DNA of 64,000 nucleotides, from NCBI GenBank assembly GCA_963707505.1, contig CAVPQB010000004.1:64001-128000 (forward strand). Reading direction: 5' to 3'. A program made the translations under genes and the position numbers. The notes under the pieces are model-generated. The model did no database searches. It was not told where the DNA came from and worked only from the letters and a program-made list of their open reading frames with translations. Below are positions 17,343 through 26,402 of this stretch, piece after piece. The DNA is from an uncultured Gemmatimonadales bacterium (GTDB lineage Bacteria; Gemmatimonadota; Gemmatimonadetes; Gemmatimonadales; Gemmatimonadaceae). Numbering within the stretch: position 1 is the first letter of the stretch; every line of letters starts with the position of its first letter.

Positions 17343-17972
17343 ATGCGGTGGTGGGAACGGCACTTCGGAGATAGCACCCGCGGCCGTATAGTCGCGATTC
17401 TGCGGCGCGGCTGGCATAGCGTTGACGAGATTGCGGCGGCTCTGGGTCTCACGGACAACGCCGTCCGTGCGCACATAGCCACACTCGAGCGCGATGGTGT
17501 GGTTGCGGCGGCTGGCGCTCGGCGCGATGGAACGGTCGGCAAGCCGGCGACCCTCTACGGCGTCGCGGAAGGGGCGGACACGCTCTTCTCCAGTGCGTAC
17601 GCACCGGCACTGTCGGCGGTGATCGCGGAGTTGGAGACCAGGCATCCGGCCGAGGTCGAATCGATACTGCGCGGAGCGGGCTCGAGACTTGGGCCGCGGG
17701 CGCCGGGCACGTTTGCGGAGCGGGTGGGTAATGCGGCGACGCTGCTAACCGAGCTCGGCGCGGACGCGGATGTGGTTCAGACGGCGGAAGGGTACGAGAT
17801 CCATGGCAATGGCTGCGCGCTGTCGCAGGCGGTTTCGTCACATCCGGAAGCGTGCTGCATGGTGGAACAGCTGCTCGCGGAAGTGACTGGGGGGAAGGTG
17901 TGCGAGCGATGCGAGCGCGGGCAAAATCCACCACGATGCTCGTTTTTGATAAGCGAACAGCCTGCGAGCTGA
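17343..17972 (+). CDS. wHTH transcriptional regulator, ArsR/SufR-like, with Cys-rich C-terminus
   Basis: RBS AGGAGG; SVDEIAAALGLTDNAVRAHIATLERDGVV...VGKPATLY; C-x12-CC...C motif. Confidence 0.85.
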   Translation: MRWWERHFGDSTRGRIVAILRRGWHSVDEIAAALGLTDNAVRAHIATLERDGVVAAAGARRDGTVGKPATLYGVAEGADTLFSSAYAPALSAVIAELETRHPAEVESILRGAGSRLGPRAPGTFAERVGNAATLLTELGADADVVQTAEGYEIHGNGCALSQAVSSHPEACCMVEQLLAEVTGGKVCERCERGQNPPRCSFLISEQPAS

Positions 17973-18161
17973 GCTTCAGCCGGAGATCGATGCTGGAAGC
18001 GTGAACGCAAATGAACTATCACGAGCCCTGGATATTGCGCTTCGCGCCTTGACATCGCGTGTCGCTGGTGCAGACTATGCCAGTCAGTTTTCGGCACCGA
18101 ATTTCCAGCTCGATGGCATAGGGCGGCCCGGTCCAATCCCCCAAGCATACGGAGTAGCGGC

Positions 18162-18449
18162 ATGTACGCAGTGATACGGCGTTATAGTGGCGTGGCGAAG
18201 TTGATCAACGAGCTAGACAAGCGGCAGGATGAGGTCAAGAAGCTGATCGGTGATGGGCCGGGCTTCATTGCCTACTACGCGATCCGGGATGGCGAGGCAC
18301 TCGCGACGATAACGGTATGCGAGGGTCGCGAGGGCGCAGACGAGAGCTCTCGCCGCACGGCGGCCTGGGTACGCGAGAACATGGCGGGCGTGAGAGTTAC
18401 GGCGCCTGAGGCCTACGGCGGAGAAGTGTTCATTCACATGGCCGAGTGA
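18162..18449 (+). CDS. Small ABM-like (dimeric alpha-beta barrel) hypothetical protein
   Basis: RBS GGAG; MYAVIRRY...PGFIAYYAI...ADESSRRTAAWVREN...GEV pattern. Confidence 0.8.
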   Translation: MYAVIRRYSGVAKLINELDKRQDEVKKLIGDGPGFIAYYAIRDGEALATITVCEGREGADESSRRTAAWVRENMAGVRVTAPEAYGGEVFIHMAE

Positions 18450-18780
18450 GCGAAAGGCGGGGATGACGCCTTTCTCATCCCCGCATCTCGCCCGTCATCT
18501 CCCGCGGTCTGGTTGAATCCGCGCCGGTCCGCGCGCCGGATGGCGAGGCGAGCGCGGCCACTCGGGGGACGGTGGTTACCGTTCTTCACCGCCGCTAGTA
18601 GCTTTTCATGCTCGCCGAACGTTTCCCCCGGAATCATCGAGGGACGCGTACTATTTGCGTCCAGTGAATACATCTCCCGGGAGACGGCCATCGTGCCACC
18701 CGAAATCGCAGTCGGTACCGCGAAGGCGTGATCACTAATCACGCGTCGATGGGTGAACGCTGTGCGCATGGCAGCTCGCA

Positions 18781-19353
18781 GTGACGGATCGTACGATTTC
18801 TGATCGCGAGCTGGCGCAAGCGCTACTGCGTGAGATGTCGCTGCATGGCGGTGATTACGCCGGAAAGCATTCTGACAGACATGTCTGTGAGTCTGCGACC
18901 GGTCCCGTTGGCGAGCGCGGCGAAAGTTCCGGAAACGCGTCGGACGCACATGCTGTCCTTATCAGCGCTGAGCTGGTGCTGGAGCGATTGCAGAAGCATC
19001 TCCTCGGCTGGTTTGGGCCTGACGGACTGGATGCGCTGCTGATGCGCGCGCTCGAGCGGGCGCGCATATCGCATCCGATACTCGCTCGCGCCCAGCGTAC
19101 TGCGCCCGGCACCCTTCGCCTGGCCGACATCACTGCTGCGGTTGCAGCGGAGCCCGGTCTGGACGCAACGCTCGACAGCAATGAAGTCATCGAAGGAGCC
19201 GTGGCTTTGCTGGCTGCGATTCTTGCGTTGATAGGTCGTCTCATCGGCGATGACATGATGCAGCATCTTGTAAGGCAGATCTGGCCAACGCTACCTGATG
19301 ATGTGTCATCTACGGGTGATAGCACCAACAACAACGAGAGGTCGGGCAAGTGA
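18781..19353 (+). CDS. Hypothetical helical protein, first gene of the KaiC-like operon
   Basis: LERLQKHLLGWFGPDGLDALLMRAL...LLAAILALIGRLIGDD; stop overlaps the next start (GTGA). Confidence 0.75.
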   Translation: MTDRTISDRELAQALLREMSLHGGDYAGKHSDRHVCESATGPVGERGESSGNASDAHAVLISAELVLERLQKHLLGWFGPDGLDALLMRALERARISHPILARAQRTAPGTLRLADITAAVAAEPGLDATLDSNEVIEGAVALLAAILALIGRLIGDDMMQHLVRQIWPTLPDDVSSTGDSTNNNERSGK

Positions 19354-21071
19354 GTGAGCCGAACGGGGTGCACCCACCCATCCAACGGGATGCTCCGAAG
19401 CGCGTAACGATCCGACAGCTTGCGACGGGAGTACCGGGTCTGGACGAGGTTCTGGGCGGCGGGATACCCGAATTTTCGTTCAACATGATCGCTGGCGCGC
19501 CGGGCACGGGCAAGACTACACTGGCGCAGCAGATCATGTTCGCCAATGCAACACCGGAGCGACCGGCATTGCACTTCACTGTGCTTGGCGAGCCACCGAT
19601 AAAGATGCTGCGATACCAGCAGCAGTTCGATTTCTTCGACATGTCGCGCGTGGGCACGGAGGTTCGCTTCCTGAACATGAGCGAGGAAGTACTGGAGCGC
19701 AATCTCGACGTCGTATTCGATCGCGTGGTGAGCGAGGTGGAGCGCGCGAATCCCGGAATCGTCGTGGTCGATTCGTTCCGCACGGTAATACGCAGCAGTG
19801 AGCGTGGGTCGACCGAGCTGGATCTGCAACACTTCGTGCAGCGTCTCGCGCTCCGGCTGACCAGCTGGGAAGCGACGACGTTCCTGCTCGGCGAATACGG
19901 CGAAGCGGAATCGCGGAGTCCGGTATTCACGGTCGCCGACGGCGTGTACTGGTTGTCGAACGAGGTCGAGCGCAACGCCACGGTTCGCAAGATGCGCGTG
20001 ACGAAGATCCGCGGGCAGGCTGGGCTGCCGGGACTGCACACGCTGCGAATCACGAGTGCTGGTGTCGAAGTCTATCCGCGGCTGACGCGGCCCGCTCCGA
20101 ACGGGGGGCGTCGCGAGCTGGGAAAGCGACTCTCGACCGGAATCGGGGAGCTGGACGCAATGACGGGCGGCGGAATTCCGGCCGGCGATTCGGTCCTCGT
20201 TTCGGGCCCGACGGGTTCCGGCAAGACGGTCATCGGAACCCAGTTTGTCGCGGCAGGTGTCGACAAGGGCGAACGGGCAGTGATAGCGATTTTCGAAGAG
20301 CATCCCGATACATACATCGCTCGGGCACAGAACCTTGGCTTCGATTTGCAATCCATGATCGACAAACGGATGCTCGACGTCATGTACCTGCGTCCGCTCG
20401 ATCTCTCGGTCGACGAGACCCTGCGCGAGATCGAGGAGCGTGTACGCCGAATCGGGGCGACGCGAGTCGTGGTCGACTCTCTGTCCGGATTCGAGATCGC
20501 ACTTTCTCCAGGATTTCGCCGGGATTTCCGCGAGTCGTTCTACAGGTTGCTGCAGTCTCTGACGGAGCTCAACATCACTGTATTGTCCACGATGGAGACT
20601 TCGGGCGGAACCGATTATCTGCACTTTTCGCCGTACAACATCTCGTTCCTGTCCGACGACATCCTCGCGATGCGCTACATAGAGCTGGATGGCCAGTTGC
20701 GGACAGTGCTCGGTGTCATAAAGATGCGCGGGAGCGAGCACAGTAATGATCTCAGGCTTGCCGAAGTGACGTCGCACGGCCTGCGTATTGGCGAGGCATT
20801 GACGGGCTATCGAGGGATCATCACGGGAGTTCCGGAGCCGCGCTCCGATGGCACGAAGGGCGGGAGGCTCACGAGCATGCAGGAGGCCACGCTCGAAGCG
20901 CTGCTGCGGCGGGGCGAGACATCCGCCGAGGGGCTCGCCGACGCCAGTGGCCTGAGTCTTGACGACGTGAGATTGGCAATCGAGTACCTGGAGAATGCGA
21001 GGTACGTGATAGTTTCCAACCGGGATGGAGTTCCAGTCTATCGGGCGGCGCAGGAATCACTGAAGCAGTAA
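19350..21071 (+). CDS. KaiC/RAD55-like double-domain ATPase with C-terminal winged HTH
   Basis: Two RecA-type domains (TGVPGLDEVLGGG, GAPGTGKT; STGIGELDAMTGGG, GPTGSGKT, FEE, VIKMRGS) plus an extra C-terminal HTH-like region. Confidence 0.9.
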   Translation: MSEPNGVHPPIQRDAPKRVTIRQLATGVPGLDEVLGGGIPEFSFNMIAGAPGTGKTTLAQQIMFANATPERPALHFTVLGEPPIKMLRYQQQFDFFDMSRVGTEVRFLNMSEEVLERNLDVVFDRVVSEVERANPGIVVVDSFRTVIRSSERGSTELDLQHFVQRLALRLTSWEATTFLLGEYGEAESRSPVFTVADGVYWLSNEVERNATVRKMRVTKIRGQAGLPGLHTLRITSAGVEVYPRLTRPAPNGGRRELGKRLSTGIGELDAMTGGGIPAGDSVLVSGPTGSGKTVIGTQFVAAGVDKGERAVIAIFEEHPDTYIARAQNLGFDLQSMIDKRMLDVMYLRPLDLSVDETLREIEERVRRIGATRVVVDSLSGFEIALSPGFRRDFRESFYRLLQSLTELNITVLSTMETSGGTDYLHFSPYNISFLSDDILAMRYIELDGQLRTVLGVIKMRGSEHSNDLRLAEVTSHGLRIGEALTGYRGIITGVPEPRSDGTKGGRLTSMQEATLEALLRRGETSAEGLADASGLSLDDVRLAIEYLENARYVIVSNRDGVPVYRAAQESLKQ

Positions 21072-21100
21072 AAGAGAGAGCAGAAGTGGCAGCTGGGGGA

Positions 21101-22465
21101 ATGGCGAACCGCGATGAGTCGACTGCGGGGGTCAAATCCGAGACCGAGGTGAGCATCGGACGGAGCGGCCTGGGCGACACGCCAGCGCGTGTGCCGTCGG
21201 CTGGAAGCGTGCCGGACTGCTCCGCTGCTGCGGCCGCGAGCCTTGGCACCTCTGAGGATGTGGCCGCCGGCATAAGCCAGCACGCGGACAGCTGCCCGCT
21301 CGGGATCGTCGTAACGTCGGGAGACGACGGCGTAGTAAGCTACGCCAACAGATCGTTCCGGCGGCTTGCAGGCGCCGAGGATCGTGTTGTACTCGGCGTA
21401 AAATTCTTCGATGCGTTCCCGTTGCTCGGCAGCGGATATGTTCGAAACGTGATTTCAGACGCGTTGAAGAACGGATGTGCGCAGCCTACGGAAATCGACT
21501 TGGAGTCGCCGCTGCACGCGCCGACGAACGACTCTGCGCCGCACTGTCTCCTGCGGATATCCTCGGTCGAAGCACATACGAATGCACTCCTTGTGCAGAT
21601 TCGCGAGGCGAAGGAAGACAACACACACGACGCAACGCATGCGGCTCTGAACAGCGAGCTGGTGAACGTCAATCAGCGACTGATAGTGGCGGCACTGCGC
21701 GAGCAGGAGCTCAAGGAGCGCGCCGAGGCCGCGAGCAACGCCAAGTCGGCGTTCATGGCGACGATGTCACACGAGTTGCGCACACCGCTGAATGCGATCA
21801 TCGGATACGCCAGCCTGCTCGACGAAGAAATCTGGGGACCGATTCAGGCCGAGCAGCACGCTCATCTCGAGCGACTCAAGATGAGTGCACGACACCTTCT
21901 TGGGTTGATCAATGACGTGCTCACGCTAGCGCGCGTCGAGGCCGACAAGGAAATCGTTCGCACGGAGGACGTCTACGCCGGCTCGCTGCTGGATGAGACG
22001 CTCGCGCTCACGATGCCGCTCATCGCTGAGAAGCACCTCGGGGTCTCGGTAAAGCTCGACAGTCAGTTCACCGTTCATACCGATCACGGCAAGCTGCTTC
22101 AGATACTCGTCAATCTGATAAGCAACGCGGCGAAGTTTACGAGCCGCGGCGAGATCACGCTAATGGCAGGTGTTCGCGGACGGGAGGCAGAGTTCAGCGT
22201 TAAGGACACCGGCATGGGTATTTCGGAGGAGCATCTGTCACACGTCTTCGACATGTTCTGGCAGGCGGACCAGAATCTCACGCGTCGCGAGGGCGGATCC
22301 GGTCTCGGTCTGAACGTCGCGCGGAGACTCGCGTGGCTACTAGGCGGTCAGCTCGTCGCGAAGAGCACACTCGGCGAGGGGAGCACATTTTCTGTCTGCA
22401 TTCCCCTCGAGCCACGCGGCGATGGGGACGAATCCGCAATCCCCTACCAGTCGGTCGGCAGGTAG
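21101..22465 (+). CDS. Cytoplasmic sensor histidine kinase (PAS-like + HisKA + HATPase)
   Basis: [15 protein letters not shown]-box, [26 protein letters not shown]. Alternative GTG start 21086. Confidence 0.93.
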   Translation: MANRDESTAGVKSETEVSIGRSGLGDTPARVPSAGSVPDCSAAAAASLGTSEDVAAGISQHADSCPLGIVVTSGDDGVVSYANRSFRRLAGAEDRVVLGVKFFDAFPLLGSGYVRNVISDALKNGCAQPTEIDLESPLHAPTNDSAPHCLLRISSVEAHTNALLVQIREAKEDNTHDATHAALNSELVNVNQRLIVAALREQELKERAEAASNAKSAFMATMSHELRTPLNAIIGYASLLDEEIWGPIQAEQHAHLERLKMSARHLLGLINDVLTLARVEADKEIVRTEDVYAGSLLDETLALTMPLIAEKHLGVSVKLDSQFTVHTDHGKLLQILVNLISNAAKFTSRGEITLMAGVRGREAEFSVKDTGMGISEEHLSHVFDMFWQADQNLTRREGGSGLGLNVARRLAWLLGGQLVAKSTLGEGSTFSVCIPLEPRGDGDESAIPYQSVGR

Positions 22466-24015
22466 TCTTTCAGGAATTTCCCCCACACATGCTCGCCGGT
22501 GTTGATGCCTGCGATGATCGGATCGACGATACGCGCGGCGCCGTCCACGATATCCAGCGGCGGATGAAACCCGTGCTCGGCGGTCTTTCGTGCGGCGATG
22601 TCGGCTGGATCTTCGTCGGTCACCCAACCCGTATCTACTGCGTTCATGTGGATGCCGTCACGGTGATAATCTGCAGCAGCGGTACGCGTCATCATGTTGA
22701 GCGCCGCCTTGGCCATGTTGGTATGCGGATGGCGTGTCGTCTTGAACGTTCTGTAAAATTGTCCTTCGACTGCGGACACGTTGACGATGTGCTTGTCGCG
22801 GTCCGGAGTGCGCATCATCAGTGGTTTCAGGCGCGCGTTGATGATGAACGGCGCGACTGCGTTGACCAGATGCACTTCGAGCAATTCGACGGACGGCACT
22901 TCGGCCATCAACATGCGCCACGAGTTGCGCTCGCGGAGATCGATCTGCTGCATGTCCTGGTCCAGTCTTCCATCGGGGAATAGCGCGCGCTGAGCTGCCT
23001 CCTCATCGGGGAGAAGTTTGATCTGCGACAGCTCCGCGGCGTGAGTGAGGCCGGCGAACTCCGACGTGCGCGCACCGATTACGGCGGGCACGGTAGCGCC
23101 GGGCTCGATAGCGCCGGGCTCCGCCTCGGGTAGCATGTGATACCCGCGCAGTCCCTGGTATTCACCGAGCAGCCTGCGGGATTTTTCCGGCAGAGTATGG
23201 AGCGCCGCGGTTTCGCCTTCCATCATGTGCTCGTAGAACGCGGGCGGCCGGCGCACTGTCTGGCAGGCGTTGTTGATTATGAAATCCAGCCGATCGCGCG
23301 TGCGCAGCATCTCGGCGCAGAATGCCTCGACGCTCGGCGTGTGGCGCAGGTCGAGTCCGTAGATCGTGAGCCGATCGCTCCACGTTGCAAAGTCCCGCTC
23401 CTGTGCGTAGCGCGCTGCAGAGTCTCGCGGGAAGCGCGTGGTGACTATGAGATGCGCGCCTGCACGCAGCAGCTTGATGCCGGCCTGATATCCGATCTTG
23501 ACCCGTCCGCCGGTGAGCAGCGCGACGCGGCCGCGCAGATCGGCCGACTCCGTACGTTTCGCAAAATTCAGCGCGGCGCACGATGGACAGAGCTGATCGT
23601 AGAAATGGTGCATCGTCGAGAAATCGTTCTTGCAGACGTAGCAATTCTGCGGCTCGACCGCTTCGCGGAAATCGGGATCGTCTTCGATGTCGTGTTGCTC
23701 GAACGGTGCTGGCGGAAAGACATTCGGTGTCATGAACACCGTTTCGCGGCGGAGCTTGCGAATGCCGGTGTTGGACAGGACCGTCTCCGCGCGATTCGCC
23801 TTCGCGATTTTGCGCTCGCGCTTGGTCGCCTGTACGAGCCGGCGGCGGTCGATGGCATCAGGGCGGGAGACGCGGCCGGCGGCGTGTAACAGCCGCGTTC
23901 TGTCAGCTTCTGGTAGGCCGGCGAGCAACGAGCGGTCGCTGGCTATCGATTCGAGCAACTCGGCGGCATCGCGGAGACGGTCGGCGAGATTGGGTTCACG
24001 TGGGGTGTCGGACAC
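22444..24015 (-). CDS. Atypical SDR-family oxidoreductase with Cys4 zinc-ribbon-like segment
   Basis: CYVC...[38 protein letters not shown]. Confidence 0.85.
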   Translation of the reverse strand: MSDTPREPNLADRLRDAAELLESIASDRSLLAGLPEADRTRLLHAAGRVSRPDAIDRRRLVQATKRERKIAKANRAETVLSNTGIRKLRRETVFMTPNVFPPAPFEQHDIEDDPDFREAVEPQNCYVCKNDFSTMHHFYDQLCPSCAALNFAKRTESADLRGRVALLTGGRVKIGYQAGIKLLRAGAHLIVTTRFPRDSAARYAQERDFATWSDRLTIYGLDLRHTPSVEAFCAEMLRTRDRLDFIINNACQTVRRPPAFYEHMMEGETAALHTLPEKSRRLLGEYQGLRGYHMLPEAEPGAIEPGATVPAVIGARTSEFAGLTHAAELSQIKLLPDEEAAQRALFPDGRLDQDMQQIDLRERNSWRMLMAEVPSVELLEVHLVNAVAPFIINARLKPLMMRTPDRDKHIVNVSAVEGQFYRTFKTTRHPHTNMAKAALNMMTRTAAADYHRDGIHMNAVDTGWVTDEDPADIAARKTAEHGFHPPLDIVDGAARIVDPIIAGINTGEHVWGKFLKDYLPTDW

Positions 24016-24070
24016 AGTGTAAAGTTAACGGCGCGTACGCACCGCCGGCTGCATTCCCGACACGCGTTCT

Positions 24071-25367
24071 TCAACCCTGCAACCATCCGCCCGCGAACTT
24101 TGCGCGACGCAACCCGGTAACTATGTACGGGCAGTTGCGCATCAGTTTCCAGATCAGCTCCGTCCGATAGTTCTCGATCATCAACACGATCGGGCCCTGG
24201 TTGATTCCGCAGTGGCCCGCGGAGATCCATCCTGCCGTTTCAGCGTTCTTGATGGGGTAGGTCCGGTTGAACGACGTCTTGAAGCCGTACGGATTGGGAT
24301 CCATCAATTTTAATTGATCGAATTGCTGGATCGCCGGCAGCACGATGTCGGGTGCGAAGGGAAGCGACGCGACGACGGCCCAAGGGGCGATCGTACCGTC
24401 GTCCGGGCCGTAGGGCGCACCGCGCGAGAGGTAGTCGTAGAAGCGTCGCTCGACGCCATCGACCTCGCATTTGATCCAGCCGGGTCCATCGCTCGCAGTG
24501 AAACCCCAGCAGTTCTCGCCATAGCCTGTGAATCCCATGGGATTGCGGGTAGCGTATTCGCGTTGGACGTGTGTAGCTCGACCGCTATTCTCGAAGTAAT
24601 CGGATTGCTTGCTCTGCATGTACGCATCGCGGATACCACGAAAGTCGACCCAGATGTGTGACAGCTGATGCGTGAACAACGGACCGGAATACAACAATTC
24701 CGTTCCGTAGATCTTCTTCCACTTGTAGGTAGATGCCCACGCCGTGTAGGTCTCTTCCGGCAGCGGGTGCGTCGGCGAGCCAAGACCGAGTATGTAGAGC
24801 AGGAGTGCCTCGCTGTAGCCTTGCCAGCGATAGCGTATGAAGCCGCGCTCGGGCGTCCATCCGTGCGATACCGTAGGCGCCGCCGTTGAGCATCCACTGC
24901 CAGTCGGCACGCTCGTTGAGTTCTTTCGCGAGCGCACGGATCTCATTCTCCTCGGGCGTGTCGAGCGTGAAATATTCCGCGGAAGTCAGCATACCGGCGA
25001 GGAGAAACGCGGAGTCGACTGACGACAACTCGGAGTTCCAGGCACGACGTCCGGTCTGCATGTCAAGAAAGTGGTAGAAGAATCCCTTGTATCCGGTCGC
25101 GCTCCTTTCGGTGCTCTGGGTGCTGTTCGCGAAAAAACGCAAGCATGCGAGCGTTCGCCGGATGGCGTCGTCCCGCTCGATGTATCCCCGCTCGACGCCG
25201 ACGGGATAGGATGCAAGGGCGAGCCCCGTTCCTGCGATGCTCGATGGGCCGCCTGTGTCCGTCCGGTCACGTACAAGACCGTTGGCGAGGTTGGCCTCGT
25301 TGACGAAATACATGAATGTCTTTCGCTGCAACCTGTCGAGCAGCCTGTCGTGATCGGGTGTGGACAT
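24071..25367 (-). CDS. Glucoamylase-like / GH144 (DUF3131) beta-1,2-glucanase-type protein (frameshift near 24878)
   Basis: NGLVRDR..SSIAGTG, GYKGFFYHFLD, ELSSVDSA, ADWQW then VSHGWTPE, GYSEALLLY, GPLFTHQLSH, WGFTASDGP, GINQGPIVLMIENYR. Confidence 0.85.
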
Positions 25368-25693
25368 GGCGTTACGTTGAAGTTTGGATCAGCGGCAACC
25401 ATGAGCCGCGGCTCATGCCGGATCGTGTGCGGATAACGTCTTAGAATTCCACTCGAGAGCATGTAATCGAAGATGCGACAGCCGAACTGCGGTGTGTTGA
25501 GTGCCGCCATCGGCACCATCGTCATGCAATGATGAACGAGAGCAACGCCGCAGTGAGGCATAATGTGCACCACGCAGGAAATACCGCCATTGGAGTGCTA
25601 CGAGCCGAGCGCGGCGTCCGACACGGGCAGCGAACACGCGAGGGACTGCACATCGTTCACTTTGTAAAACTGCCGCTCGACGAGGAGGCGAAA

Positions 25694-25709
25694 CGGCATA
25701 ATTGATGCA
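25694..25709 (+). promoter_or_regulatory. Sigma-54 promoter candidate for the act operon
   Basis: CGGCATAATTGATGCA (GG-N10-GC), 39 nt upstream of the actA ATG. Confidence 0.6.
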
Positions 25710-25747
25710 CCCTGCTCGACCGTTGTACTCCACACACCGCGTAGGCG

Positions 25748-26398
25748 ATGACTGCCCTCTTTCCTTCATGGGCCACGCGAGCGGCGCGTATCGTTCTGGC
25801 TGTCGGGATCACTGCGCTCGTCGTGACACCACTGTTCGCCATGGTATGGGTTCGTACGCCGTTTGCGCGCGGTGAGGATCTGCACATCACCCAGCCGGTT
25901 CCGTTCGATCATCGTGTTCACGTGAATGGACTGAAAATCGATTGCCGTTATTGCCACGCCGGCGCCGACCGTGGCGCGTGGGCGGGGTTGCCGGCGACGT
26001 CGCAGTGTGTGTCCTGTCACACGCAGACGTGGATCGCGAGCAGTGCGTTCGCGCCGGTGCGAAAGAGCCTTGCAACAGGCCGTCCGATTCCGTGGCGTCG
26101 CGTGAACGAGCTGCCAGACTTCGTTTACTTCAATCACGCGATTCACGTCAACAAGGGCGTGGGTTGCGAGACGTGTCACGGCCGGATCGATCAGATGGCA
26201 CAGGTGAGGCAGGCGGTGCCGCTCACCATGGGATGGTGTCTCGGCTGTCATGTCGATCCGCAGCCGAATCTCAGGCCGCTCAACGCGGTCACGACAATGG
26301 GATGGACCGCTACCAGGTCGGATAGCGCGACGATGCGAACGCTGGTCGCCGACTACCGCGTGAAGCGGTTGACGAACTGCACCACCTGTCACCGCTAG
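25748..26398 (+). CDS. actA: Alternative complex III pentaheme cytochrome c subunit
   Basis: N-terminal TM; five CxxCH motifs (CRYCH, CVSCH, CETCH, CLGCH, CTTCH); QPVPFDH, LPDFVYFNH. Confidence 0.92.
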   Translation: MTALFPSWATRAARIVLAVGITALVVTPLFAMVWVRTPFARGEDLHITQPVPFDHRVHVNGLKIDCRYCHAGADRGAWAGLPATSQCVSCHTQTWIASSAFAPVRKSLATGRPIPWRRVNELPDFVYFNHAIHVNKGVGCETCHGRIDQMAQVRQAVPLTMGWCLGCHVDPQPNLRPLNAVTTMGWTATRSDSATMRTLVADYRVKRLTNCTTCHR

Positions 26399-26402
26399 GC
26401 GA

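Noticed and set aside
18434..18949. Minus-strand 171-aa ORF
   Set aside because: Overlaps both neighbours and has no recognisable motif; a short internal ORF cannot be excluded.
18855..20777. 640-aa minus-strand ORF
   Set aside because: Antisense shadow of the KaiC-like gene; no motifs; expected in high-GC coding DNA.
19350..21071. True circadian kaiC or gas vesicle gvpD
   Set aside because: No kaiA, kaiB or gvp genes nearby; canonical ST phosphosite pair incomplete.
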